Part shown: positions 27,451 to 40,133 of the stretch, piece by piece
How positions within the stretch are numbered: position 1 is the stretch's first letter
How the letters are laid out: each line of letters begins with the position of its first letter
NCBI GenBank assembly: GCA_039545335.1
Contig: BCIN01000002.1
Location: 943,118 to 1,007,117 of the forward strand
Length of the DNA stretch: 64,000 bases
Direction: 5' to 3'
Origin: Kondoa subrosea
Taxonomy: Eukaryota
Notes under the pieces: generated by a model
What the model saw: the letters and a program-made list of their open reading frames with translations, nothing else
The model's database searches: none
Told to the model about the DNA's origin: nothing
Made by a program: the position numbers and the translations under genes

Positions 27451-28612
27451 TCATACAGCTCCTCCAGCACCAGAAGCAGGTCCTGGTGGTCCAAATCCAC
27501 TTCCACCCGATCCAGGGCCTTCTTTCCTATTTTGCAAATAAGCACCCAAAACCGTTCTTGTCGAGTCCAACATCTTTCCAGCTAATTCAAAGGCTTTCCC
27601 TTCTCTGACTGAGGTCCAAACTTGATCTATCACTCGATTATACGTTCCGTCCGCGTAAAAGGTTGGGATCTTGGCTAGATTGTTCAGACCTGGTGACCAG
27701 ATTCGTAAATTATGTGCTCGGAATCGCTGAAGTAAGGATTGCGTGTCTTCCGCAAAAGATATAATGCCCATACTGCTCGAATCATGAGCGCAGAAGGAAA
27801 AAGATATGGTGTAGACCTTACTTTTGATCCGACATTGTATATTTCTGTTTCGCGCCAGTAAGTTTAAGGTGCAGGTTCTCTTGCTTGACCACTTTCGTTA
27901 ACTGAGACCACTTCTCTTGTTGGACTTGATAGCATAAGACAGCTAGTTCAGGCGGAACACCTGTCCAACATCATGCCAAGTTATGAGATTTCATACTCAT
28001 GACCTTAGAGCACTTCTGTACGGACCCATGAATTCAATATGATTGTGATAGTTCTTCTTCCCCTTGAACCAGACGACGTATTTGCCTTCCTACATATAGG
28101 CATAGGAATCAGTTTGATGGTTGATTCACTCGAGGAAGACGAGCCGAGCTTTTATAGCCGCTCAATAGACTGTATAGTGACTCACTAAAGGTGAAAAGAA
28201 GTACCGATCTTGCTCTATCCGTTCCTCCTCTGTCAACTCCTTCGGTTGTCGCTTCAACGCTTGCCTTCTAGCACTCCTCACTGCTTGTCTAAAGCCTTTG
28301 CCATAGTTCTAATCCATTCCAAATCAACCCTTAAGCATTGGATAGCGAGAATTGACGAACGAGGTAACACCAACCAGAACACTCAGGTTCTTGCTTTGCC
28401 AATCTTTGAGCTTCAGTCTGTTTGCATGAGATCCTGCATCGCTCTACACCAGCTCTAGGCACGCTAGCATCGTATTCGGGCTGATATTCACGGAACAAAG
28501 CAGTCAGTTGTTTCGATGACGGGCGATCTGGGTCTTTGGGTAGCTGGATTGCAGGTAAAGGCTTGACAGGAGCTACGGGAGCTTTAGATGGACCTGCTAC
28601 TGGTACAGACAT
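27451..28612 (-). CDS. Hypothetical protein (multi-exon)
   Basis: Spliceable exons MSVPVAGPSK..., NYGKGFRQAVRSARRQALKRQ..., EGKYVVWFKGKK..., GIISFAEDTQSLLQRFR...; family not recognised. Confidence 0.55.
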
Positions 28613-28983
28613 GACAGAGCGAGGGGACTGAAGGTTGCTAGACAACCTGCATATTTTCGTGTTCGACTTGCTTTGCAACAAACGTCGAGACAAGCGATTC
28701 CAGGAGTAGTGGACTTGGTTCTTTTCTTGCGCTTCTTGCCTTGTTGCATTTTCAGATGCTGCTGCCTCGTATTAGAGATACGTCTATGACTTACCCCTCT
28801 TCCATTCTTGTCTTTCATTTCTTCATGCCAAATTCATTCATCCCCCCCTCGGCACATGACTGCTCTCATTCTCTTTCTGCGCTTTTACCTGCTACTGTAT
28901 CCTTGAAACCGAACGAATCACTGTTCAAGTTGCATAAGCTCTCCATTCGAGTGGTTTCTGTCATTACCTTGTAATTCTTCACA

Positions 28984-31637
28984 ATGGCGGATATCTTAGG
29001 CTTGATCACGACAAGTATTGATCTTGTCAACTGGTTCAAAGATACTGCAGACCAGGTTCGTTGCTTCCGCTCACAATGTGTTTAGTGATCACTAGTCTGA
29101 CTTTATACTTGTTCAGATCAAGGAGAATCGGCAAGACCTTGCTGAGATGACCGATGCACTTCATGCTCAAATGAATACTGCCGATCACCTTAGTAGAAAG
29201 CTAAGAGGAGCTATCGAAAGCTATCCGCATGGTTCAGAGGAATACGAAAGCGTTAAAAGGGACATAAAGAGCTTTCATGGGATGTTAGCGCTTTCTCTGA
29301 AGGTATGCTCATGATAACGATGATGTTTTCGAGCAGTCTCACAAGACGCAAGAGCGCACTGGAGAAACTTCGACCGAAACCTGGCGGGAACGCAATTGAA
29401 GCTCTCGCAACCTTTACAAAGAGCTTTTGGCAGAAGAATAAGATAAAGAAGGAGTTAGTAGGTTTGCATGCAGAACTGGATATGTACATGAGCGAAGCCA
29501 ATGTAGGTTTGCAATGTTTTCAGACGTTTTGGAAGAAAGCTAATCTTTGGTTTGGCTAGTATCGCAACATTATCTTGACCCAGATCACAACAACAAAGGT
29601 TGCTCTGCAGCAGTCGTCGAGCGATGCACGTCAGGACAAAGCACACCAGATACTACTGCAGAAGTCGGACCAAAACGCAGAAAAGATAATAAAGAACCTC
29701 ACAGACGAGTGTGCGCGTCTGCTTCTGGCTATAGAACAGAACGCTATTGCTAGAGCTCAAGATTTGGCGGTCGAAGAATTGAATCAGCCCATTGCCAATC
29801 TTCCAGATCATCCTTCCGCCATGACAATGGCTTCTATAGCTCGGTCAGAGGCTTCGGCTCTTCACTTCGACTACGCAGAATCCATTCGAGACACAATAGA
29901 CAGCGCAAAGAGCAATGCGCTTCCGGATGTTCTTCGTTATCTCGACGCAGCAGCCGTCAAAGCAAATCGCCTAGGCGAAGATGAAGATGCACTACTATTA
30001 CGAAGCATGCGAGAAAGATGGCAGCGTATCATCACACCGCTCGGACAAATCGATGAGCCAGAGATCGAAGCTGTGGAAACTGTTAATTTTGTCTGGGACT
30101 TTGCGCCGGTTACCAAACTCGTACAGCTTGTCACGAGATGTCAGCTTGCTGACACAGATGAAGAAAAGGAGAAGAGTATGCACGATTTGCATGACCACAT
30201 CGGTGCGTTGATCCTCCGTCTTTAACGTGCAATTTGGCCAATCCTTGATCTTTGCAGACTGTTTCGCCCCTGCGATACTGATTGTTCGAACTCCTAAGGC
30301 AATCACCTTCCTAGTCGAATCGTTGAAGGATTGCAGTCGCCGCACATATGCTCTACATTGTTTCTCTGCCCTTGTAGGTACGTGGTTCTTTCTTGCACAT
30401 TGAATTATCGCTGATCTGCTACAACAGTCTTTCCCACAGTCGTTACAGCTTTGGGGTACATAGGATTTTTGAAGTCCGTGGCGGCGCTATTAAATGGCAA
30501 GGAGTTGAGTGAAACGGCCACGGAGGCAGCTTGTGGGTGTTTGAGACAATTTTCAAGTATGCTCCTAGTCTCAAGGGTCTGGAGCTCTCGTTCGCTTATC
30601 GAATACTCTCGTCACAGGGTGCTCGGAAGGGAAAGGTCAAATTCTGTCAACTGCGAATGTCTTGCGAGCTTTGCTGGCCTTACTTCAAGACGGGACATCT
30701 ACAATGAAGATGCAAGCTGCTGGGTGTCTTGCGAACCTCACAGGTTTGCTTCTGATCTCAAACCTTTGATCATTGAGCTTCCATCGGCTCACCTAAACAA
30801 TTCTTTTGCAGACTCTAATGAAGGAAAAGCTCAGATCTTGGCAAACCAACATTTCTTGCCCGCTTTATCAGCTTTACTTCAGAGTGATACAGCTGAAGGG
30901 AAAACGGAAGCTGCTGGGTGTCTTGCGAACCTCGCAGGTACGCTTCTGATGCTCAAACGTCTGATCATAAGCTTCCATCGGCTTACCAGAACAATACTTT
31001 CGCAGTGTCAAATGAAGGGAAAGATCAGATCTTAGGAGATGAACATTTCTTGCCCGCTCTGTTAACTTTGCTTCAGAGTGGTACGCCTGAGGGAAGAGCT
31101 GCTGCTGCTTGGTGTCTTAAGAACCTCGCAGGTACGCTTCTGATTTTAAAAATGTCTGATCATTGAGCTCCCACCGGCTCACGGGAGAAATTCTGTCACA
31201 GGATCAGACGAAGGCACAGCGCATATTTTGGCAAACCAACATTTCTTGCCCGCTCTATTGACTTTACTTCAGAATGGTACGCCTGAGGGGAGAGCTGCTG
31301 CTACTTGGTGCCTTGAGAATCTCGCAGGTACGCTTCTGATTCTCAAACGTCTCATCATAAGCTTCCATTGGCTCATCTAAACAATTCTTTCGCAGACTCA
31401 AATGAAGGAAAAGCTCAGATCTTGGCAAATCAACATCTCTTGCTCGCTCCATTAGCTTTGCTTCAAAATGGTACGTCCGAAGAGAAAGCTGCTGCCATTA
31501 GGTGTCCTGCTCGGCTTCCTGATGAAAAATTCTCCCTCTCACGCAACTCCATTGCTGACTCTCTTCCTGGTGAAGAATTCTCCCTCTCATGTAACTCCAT
31601 TGCTGATTCTCGAGCGCAGTGTCTGTACAAGATATAG
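28984..31637 (+). CDS. Armadillo-repeat protein with N-terminal helical (MLKL/HeLo-like) domain
   Basis: Exon 1 MADILGLITTSIDLVNWFKDTADQ, exon 2 IKENRQDLAEM...; C-terminal 42-aa repeats such as DSNEGKAQILANQHFLPALSALLQSDTAEGKTEAAGCLANLA match the ARM consensus. Confidence 0.8.
30618..31520 (+). repeat. Tandem ~194-bp exon+intron cassettes (126-nt exon + 68-70-nt intron)
   Basis: Exons 30618-30743, 30812-30937, 31006-31131, 31202-31327 and 31396 onward. Introns share GT(AC/TT)GCTTCTGAT..TCAT..AGCT(T/C)CCA..GGCT(C/T)A..CAG. Confidence 0.95.
31515..31610 (+). repeat. 48-nt direct duplication in the last exon (LPDEKFSLSRNSIADS / LPGEEFSLSCNSIADS)
   Basis: Two adjacent near-identical 48-mers are visible. 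Confidence 0.85.
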
Positions 31638-32174
31638 ATGTTGAAGGCCAAGAAGAATTTCATACAGATTAAGGATTTACAGGATTTTCTCCTTCGAGCA
31701 GTGAGAATTGCATTTCGATGCCTTCTCGGGAAGAGAAAGTCTGACCGTGCTGTCCGATGGCAATAATGAGTCGTGTTGAGATGGACTGCCATTGTAGAAG
31801 CTACTTGATCCATAAGCCTGCATTAAAACCCACGAAGGAAAGCTCCCCACTGCCGACTCTCGACAGCTGCTATAGAAACTCCTCTTGCCGAACTACGCCC
31901 AAACATTTTTGTGAAAGCTGTTTATATCGCCGCTTGCAAAAACTCAGATTCACACTCGCTGAACCGACAGATCGATCAATGTTGCGAAACAAAACCCATA
32001 TTCGCATAGCTCTTGGTATGTTACATGTTTTCTCCTTACATAGTCCAACGCAGATGTTCCGGCGAGCAATTCTTTCCCGCTATCTGAGCACTATACGACG
32101 ATGACCGTCGGTGCGCTAGCGGTGTAGCAAATTGAGGGTTCCGCTTCTTGCCCGGTGGCCCTTTCCGACTCGTC

Positions 32175-33755
32175 TCAAGCTGCATCTACCCGGACCCATA
32201 TTGGCCATTCATTTTCCCAATCAATCTCCGCTTGAATTGTGCAGTATTCGCAACGGCATTGACCAGTCTCTTCATGATGTTCCCTCAAGCAAGACTTGCA
32301 GAGATTGAGCGCCATATGATAGGTCTTGACGTCCTTGCTAGGTTGAGCTACCCAGCGCCGCATCATGTTAGTCTTCGTCCTTTTTCGGAGGGCAGAAGTA
32401 TTGACAGCCTCGGACAAAGCTGTATCATACCTCCATCTTGTCGCTTCAACAATGCGGTACGACTTCATTTTGATCAGATCATAACAAGAAGAATGGTAGA
32501 GATGAGGTGTCCCAAACGGTGTGAGAAAGATCTCGCATGATTGACAATGAAAGCTGTCGCAATTCAATAAGGGTGCAAGATGCATTGGCAATTCGACATT
32601 CTCTTCAGAAGTATGTTGCTTGAGTAGATGCATACAGCTCGACAGGAGACTTGGTATTGCATGACTGGTCTTTGCCAAGTTCCAGTCATGAGGTAGAGCA
32701 CGGAATTTTGACAATTTGATATTGTTGTAGAGGCTTATTCCGTTGATTTTCTGGAAGCGAGTAAGTGATGGCACGAAGCCTTCGAAGCTGTTGTGGTCCA
32801 GATTCAAGTAGCGAAGGTTAGGAAGACTGCTTGCCAAAGACGCAGGAATAGCTATCTAACGATGAGCTAGACTTTAGGCACAGTGAGAGAAACACTTACT
32901 AGAAAGCAAGTTGTGAGAAAGGTTCAACGACCAATACTGCTGTAGAATGCTAGGTACTAGATCCTCTTGCGAATCGAAAGACATATAATACTCCACTAGT
33001 TCACGAAATTGCTGAAGACATATCGGTACTGCTTGCAGCCGCTGATTGCTGAGGTTCAGGTAACCGTCATCTAGGCCCAGAAGTACTGCTTCAATCGAAT
33101 CCAGTACGATCTGACAGCAAGCGCCTTCGAAGTTCACAAAAGACGGAAATGGCCTCTGGGGTTCCATTAGACATGATACGACAGACAGAATAGTAACTCA
33201 CTTGTTCGATAGCTGTCCTAGCTAAGCGCCATCCCCCACATGGTCGAAGCCTTTCGAACTTGCGCAGTAGAAGCGACCCTTTGGAAGATGTACGGCTCTC
33301 GATAGACTTGAGCTTCTTCAATATGTGCAATTCCTTTCGATCTGCTGTCAGATCAGCATAGATCCAGACCAGAAGTCACTGAGACTCACATATGATAGGT
33401 TTGGCGAAGCCTGGCATTCCGAACGATCCAGCAATGCAGTCGCTCAGTTGTCTGTATGATCGCTCAGCTTTGATATGCAGTGTCCATGCTGAGCCTACTG
33501 TAATGCAGACAGATCCTCGACATTTCTACGTCCCTTTAAGCAGTCCACAAATCGGCGAAACTTGCGTCTTTCCAGAAGTTTCACAAGCCATGGTACAGCT
33601 GGTATGTCAGGTCTATTGTGATAGAAGCTAGGACCGGCTTCCTGCAAGTCTGTTTGAGGTATCTCTGTTTCTTGCGTAATTGGTTCTAGGTCGAGAGGCT
33701 CTTCATCTGAGCTTTCTGAGTCGCTGGTATCTCGTTGCTTTGGTATACGTGGCAT
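32175..33755 (-). CDS. Leucine-rich repeat protein with Cys/His-rich C-terminus
   Basis: YLNLSNQRLQAVP, LNLSHNLLSS, LRYLNLDHNSFEGFVPSL and ISLYNN LRRs; C-terminal CQSC, CKSC..EH and C.C..C. Confidence 0.75.
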
Positions 33756-34068
33756 TAGGCTGCCATCCTGCGTTTTTTGGTATATGATCAAGGCCGTTCG
33801 AGTAAGACCCAGCGTCGCAAGGGACGATTTCTCGAATGTCAACATGTCAATCTTTGAACTCGGCAGACCTTGTGTATGGTACAGACAGACATTTACAATG
33901 AGTTCACTGGTTTACATATCTACAAATTCGAGTGCTGGCCTCGATAGCTTTGACTTTCAAAGTGACTCTACTTTATCCCATGCGGAAACAGTCGTTGAAG
34001 CTGTATTCCTTCTGCATCAGTGTATCTTTCAAGATTAGCACAAGCTCAGCACAAGCTTAGTACTCACC

Positions 34069-35273
34069 TCAGAGCAACCTCATCTTGAGCGTCAAGTCTT
34101 CATCCACTTTCCCATCTTGAATCGCTTTCTCCAACTCTTTCACATCCCAATTCGCACTCACATATCTTCCCCTGAGCTTCTTCGCTGCTTCATTAGTAAC
34201 TAACCAGAGTACGAATCCGCCTGGCAGTTTCTCCGTATCAATAAGGAAGTGATGAGTATCTTCTGGCATAGCTCCTGCTAAAGTGGTCTTGATTCCCCCT
34301 GGGTGAAAAGCTATTGCGATAACACCTTTCGAAAAGTATTCGATATCGATGTATTCTGTGAATCGGTTCAAAGCGGATTTGGTTCCTTCATATGCGGAGA
34401 ATCCAGCTTTGGTGTAGATTGAGCCTATGGATGAAGTGGAGATGATGTAGAGTGGTTTATGAGAAGGCGAAATAGAAGAAGAGAAACGACGTTTGAGAAG
34501 ATGATGAGTAGGTAAGTAGACGCCTTTCTGCTTACCTTCTCAGCGAGTTCAGAAAGATATGGTTGGAAAAGAAGACGGACAATATTGACCGACCAAGTGT
34601 TCCACCAGGTCTCTGGATCGCTTTCATGAATAGGCTGAGTCTTCTCCAGAACGCCAGCATTATTGACAAGTACTGCACAACTTGATTAGAAACAATTTCA
34701 ACAGCGTTTGGAACATACCGTCTACTTCGATACCCTCTTTTGTCAGTCTCTCAAATAAGGCCGCAACAGATTCGTTCGAAGTAACGTCTGTGACTTGGGT
34801 TATGATCTTTGGTGAGTGATCAAGTTTCAGAGCTTCGATGTCTTGCTTGACTTGCTTCAACTGTACTCTCGATTATAAGCTATTTTGTGTATGAGATGAT
34901 CGTAGCATCCTACCTGGGATTCGGTCCTTGAAGCCAGAACAACTGAAGCTGCTCCAGCGCTGACATCTGAATAATCAGCTGTCAGAACAACAGAAACACA
35001 TGAGGCTCACGTGGCAAAAGCCTTCGCAATCTCTTCGCCAACTCCGCGACCAGCTCCGCTGTTTCGCAAGTCAGCTTGTCGCCATTCGATGAGAATGGTG
35101 CGGACTTACGTAATCACTACGTTTAATCCTTTGGCGGTCCCTTTCAAGGCTTTCGTCGCATCGATAGCATCGTAGACGCTGACATGGCTTGAGTTATATG
35201 CAGACAAGCGGACTCCGAGGGCTTACTCGTGACGCAGAGTCTTGATGTTTTCCTTCTCAAATCTGCAGGACAT
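34069..35273 (-). CDS. Short-chain dehydrogenase/reductase
   Basis: VVIT-GAGRGVG Rossmann motif, NNAG, FSAYEGTKSALNRF (YxxxK), AFHPGGIKT, LRGRYVSANWDV. Confidence 0.9.
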
Positions 35274-35401
35274 ACTGGCAGATATACGTCTCAAATGAAG
35301 ATACGAAGTGTTCTGGTCAGGGCTGGCGAGCGGCTGTCGAGGCCTGTCGGCTGGTAAGCTCCAAGAAACTATTTTCAGCCTTTTGATCTGCAACAAGCAT
35401 T

Positions 35402-36151
35402 ATGTCAGCTCAGAACACTTCGGACCTGGTGCACGTAGCCGACCACTTACTGAATCAGTGTAACCACCTGCTGCAAAGCATTTCTGATGAGAACTTGAAG
35501 AAAGAATCGAAATTGTCGCCTGGCTCGACTATTGGCAAACATTTACGGTCAGCCAGCTGTTCATAATGTCAGCTATGTATGCTGAGATGCCAAACCAGGC
35601 ATATCTATGATCACTATCGATTGCTCCTTGATTCTATATCACATGCGGCAGCAACTTCAAATGAGACCATCTCACTCAATTACGATGTCAGAAGCAGGGA
35701 TGTAGCAATGGAAACTTCAGTACAGCTATCGATAGAGCAAGTTCAGCAACTGCAACAAAGATTGAAGAAAGAGGTTGGGCCAGAGATGTACAATCGGACT
35801 ATCAGGTTACAGGCTACTACGCCCTATAAATGCGTAATGGATAGTACTGTAGGGAGAGAGCTATGGTTCTGCTCTTTGGTGAGCTCTTTTCCTCTTCCTC
35901 CAGCCCGTTTACTGACTTGTGTTTGAATTTCCAGCACGCGATACATGTTCGTAGATACTATTGGCAAGCAGAATTCGTTTTGACTAATTGTGTTTATCTT
36001 TGCTTAGCATCAAGCGACAATTCGAATTATAGCAATGCAAGAACTGAAAGTCAAACTAGATAAAAACTTTGGTTTCGCTCCTTCATCAGTGATACACAAA
36101 GAACAGCATCAGCAGGAAGAAAAAAAGAAGAAGAAGCAGTCGAAGCTATAA
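35402..36151 (+). CDS. DinB/YfiT-like metal-binding protein with C-terminal PTS1 (SKL)
   Basis: STIGKHLRHIYDHY, RELWFCSLHAIHH, FGFAPS; ends KKKKKQSKL*. Confidence 0.8.
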
Positions 36152-36274
36152 TTCAATGATTCATGTAGATATACCATGCATAATTTCTCACACTTTTAGA
36201 GTTTACAAGTAGATATGTAGACAAACTGCATCTTTCCCTTTTACACTAGGACACCTTCACGATCCTCCAAACAC

Positions 36275-38024
36275 TCACACATTCCATTCCGCCCAACTTC
36301 GTCCGACGTGTATACCATAATAATCTTCCATGATCAAAGTAGCGATATTCCAGCTCGAAACAGTTTCCGTTTCCTTTTTGCTCTCGTATCAGCCTTTTCT
36401 CTTCGTTCGGCTACGCATGAGAGAGACCATACCATAGTAGAAATCAAGGGTTCCATAGCATTCACGTAGTATAGTCCTTGAGCTAATTCAAACCTAGCGA
36501 AATCTTGTGGTTGCATAGGTCCAGCCACAGGGTAAGCTAGCCATTCTTTTCTATACGTCCACAACACATTCTTTTCTCCAAAAATGTGTTCCAACTCTTC
36601 TTCATCTAGTTCATGTCTTGAAAACACTACTCAATGTCTCATCAGCGCTGATTGTGAGAACGAAAGAGCAAAGGGCAAGACGCACGTTTTACAGCAAACC
36701 GATCTTCTCCCAGACTACGCAGGTAATTTAGACTATTGATCCTCGGTTCTGTCTTACTGCTTCCATCATCAAATGGAGCGAAAGTAGATAGAATAGTCGT
36801 TGGTGCTTTCAAATCACAAGACCATTCTGAATTGAAGTAGCAACTTCTTGGATTAGTCGCATTTGTGACTACTAGTGTTACGAAGAGTTTCGAATATTCT
36901 TGATGAGGTATATGGATTTCCGATGGAGAAAGAATCGAAATATCAGATTGACCATACGGAGCCGCTAGAATAACGATATCGAAGATTTGATTCCTCTGAC
37001 CAGAAGAAGTAGAAGAAGTGATCTCCCAAGTCGGTAAATCTCCATCTGGTCGAGCAAGGGAAAGGACTTGTTCGTTCAATCTGATTGTCGAGCCAGAACG
37101 ATTGGCGAAGTTCTCGAATATCATTCGGTTGCCTCCTTTGACTGATGAAGCTCCTTCTGCTGCTACCGAGACCATCGATAGAAGAGCATGCATATGAGAT
37201 GGGATTTGATTGTAATTGACCCTGTCGATGGATTAGCCTAGATTGCAGAAGGGAACAGAGAAAGCTTACGTCGTTCCAGCTGCTATGAACTCGTCTACAA
37301 ACTGCTTTGAGACTCCATGCGCTTGCAAAAAGTCACTCCCTGATTGTTGATACAGCTCAGTGAAGTTGAGCGAGTCTGCGAAATGAGGAATAGAGCGGAA
37401 TGATCCTATTGCTTGAATGCGAGGCGAATAGAGTTGAACAAAGGAATCCAACATCTCCTTCCTGGTGACTTCTCAGTATTATAAGATTCTAGAGGGAAAA
37501 ACATACAAAGCAGAGCGCATTTTCAGGGGAGACATCCCATATCGCCAAATAATTTTTGCTTTATCCCAATAACCCCATGCATAATTCGAGTCTTCAAAGA
37601 CATAGCGTTCTCCATCATATATTGCCATCTTGGCATCTTCAATTTGAGCTCCTCCGCCGTGACCTTCTTGCAGTGTCAAGCCAAACTCCTTGACCGCATG
37701 AAAGAGATTCTTGTTCGCTGATACAAAGATAGACGCTCCCAACTCTGCATAAGCTGAAGAGTCATTGCCCGGTAAGGCGATAGTTGTAGATCGTCCGCCG
37801 AGGTAATCGCTTTTCTCGTACAGCGTCAGATCAAAGGAGACGTCGTTGTATTGAGACGCTAAGAAGTTCAAGAAATAGGCAGCTGACGATCCACCAGCAC
37901 CAGATCCAATGACAGCAACGCGAAGAGGTTCAGAAGATGGATTCGCGTTGAAAGTTTGTTGCTCTGCTTGGATAGTTGACAAGATCAACCCAAGGATAGT
38001 CAGCAGGGTAGGTATCACGAGCAT
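36275..38024 (-). CDS. Prenylcysteine oxidase/lyase
   Basis: Signal peptide; VAVIGSGAGGSSAAY; ELGASIFVSANKNL; SVKGGNRMIFE; LYYVNAMEPLISTMETETVSSWNIA. Confidence 0.9.
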
Positions 38025-38143
38025 GGTGTCGAGTGGCTTTGCTGGGCTCGTGTATGCGGAATACAGAGAGTTCTACGTCAAGCTCGCTGTAGAGGGCATC
38101 GTCAAAGCAGAATGAAAAGCAGACAGGTCAGTCAAACGCAACG

Positions 38144-38964
38144 ATGTTCAAGAAATTCAGTAAAGCAGAAGATGTAGCCGCTTCTACCAAAGTGAAATCC
38201 AGCGTGCAGCGTGGTATCAGGACGAAATTGCTAGAGCAAATGCCATTATTAGGTGAAGCAGGAGGTGAATCAATATCAGATGATGCAGAACCGCCTACTT
38301 TGCTAGAAACGATCTGGCCAAAGAAGGAAGATCTTACATTAGTCAAATGGTTCGTCTCGTCTCAAGCTGGAATCAAGAAGCAAAAGACTGAGTTTGAATG
38401 ATGAAACAGTCGAGAACATGTTTCAATATTAGCCCTTAATGGTGAACCTCTCTTCTTCAATTCTTTTGATGGTCCCTATTACCCAACATTACATCTCCTA
38501 CATCGATGTACGCCGGTTCCCAACTTTTTTCCAGCGAGAATCGAACTGATTGTTGTTATCCCTAGGGTAGATCCTGACCTCTTACCAAAAGCCCAAGTAG
38601 ACAAAGGAGCCATCAAATTCGTCTTAGCAGGAGCCAACATCATGTGGTTCGTTTCCTTCCTTCTCTTCTTCTCCTTCTTCTTATTGCTTTTGCCAGCCCC
38701 GGTTTGACATCAAAAGGCGCTTCCCTCTCTACTTCATTCCCAGCAGAAAAAGCTCTTGCTATTCATGCAGAAGGAAAAGAAATGGCTTGCGCTGTTGGAC
38801 TAGCGAAAATGTCCAGGGACGATATCTTGAGCGTGAATAAAGGGATTGGTGTGGAAAACATTCATGTCCGTTCTTTCCATCTTCTACCTTCTCTTCTCAC
38901 GCTGATGATACTACGATAGTATTTGGGTGATGATCTTTGGGCTTTAGGTAGAGAAGGGTTATAG
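38144..38964 (+). CDS. TMA20: Translation machinery-associated protein 20 / MCTS1 (PUA domain)
   Basis: MFKKFS...[55 protein letters not shown]. Confidence 0.92.
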
Positions 38965-38989
38965 ATGATTTTTCTAAAATTTGCAAAAT

Positions 38990-40067
38990 CTATGATGCAG
39001 AAGAAGATTGTTGTTGTTCGGCTATCCATGCTCGGATAGCTGTACTACCCATTTTGAGCTTGATTTGATCTTCAGAACCAGCTTGATGTGCATCAGGACT
39101 GATTACTTGAATGACGAAAGACTGCAGAGGTGAAAGACCATTCTTGGACCGTTCATTGTCGACTAGTCGGAACACATTAGTGAAGTATTGAATTAGCTGT
39201 AATCGAAACTTACTAGCATGTGCTCCGCCAATCGATTCTTCTGAAACTACCAAAGCTTGGACATTTGGATCTGTTGCTGTTGGACCAAAAACGTCTTGCA
39301 AAGCAGGTAGTTCTACTTTAAGCGAAGAAGGAGCGATAAGATCGAAGAAGCCTTGCACAGCTTCGCGACGTTGCTCTCTGATATCAAATTTAGTACTGCC
39401 CATGATCTATCTACCAGAAAAGAGACTCACAAAGTCTCAAGAAGATGCTTGTTCGATTTCTTTTGTAGGAGAGGTTGATCTACAATTAGGCTCAAGACCA
39501 AAGTAAATTTTCGGGTAGGAAGAAAGGCGAACCTGTTATACCGACTATAACGCGTTCGGAAGCCAACCAGGCAGCCATAGTAAGCAATACTTTATGACCC
39601 GAATGCAGATGATCAAAAGTTCCTCCTAGCGCTACGTTTGCAGGACCCAATTCGAGCGATTTTGAGTAATGATTGTCAGATTTGACTTGAACGTTCTCTT
39701 CTTCTCCTATTACATGAGCGAAAGATTTGAGATCCAATTGATCCAGGAAAGAAGCTCGAGGAGCTATTGAGTCGTTCTGCGCTTGCCCGAGCCGTAGACT
39801 TTCGATGATTACATTGACAGGTAAGAGAAGATCGCCTCTAGCGTTCAGGATAAGAGCAGCTTGCGTATAGATGAAGGTCAAAAGTGTCTGTACAGACTTG
39901 AAGGAATCCGCTCTATCTAGCGAGCCAAAAGAAGGGGAAGTTAAGATTATCAACAAATGATATTTGCTTAAGGTCGCTGCTTGCTGAACGAGCTTCGAGC
40001 ATAGTTCAGAGCAGTCAAGGTGATCGTTCTTCAGGATTAGGATCACGTCTCGAGGCAAGTTGTTCAT
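38990..40067 (-). CDS. CAB4: Phosphopantetheine adenylyltransferase
   Basis: VALGGTFDHLHSGHKVLLT, LQDVFGPT, ALVVSEES, KMGSTAIR. Confidence 0.88.
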
Positions 40068-40133
40068 GGTATACACGAAAAGAGATAAATGCATGTGTTT
40101 GTGAAGTAATAACGGACGGATCTATAAGTACAC

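Noticed and set aside
36241..36290. Possible TGA readthrough at the prenylcysteine oxidase C-terminus
   Set aside because: It lies in a poorly conserved tail, and the GTGAGT may be a splice donor; there is no motif support.
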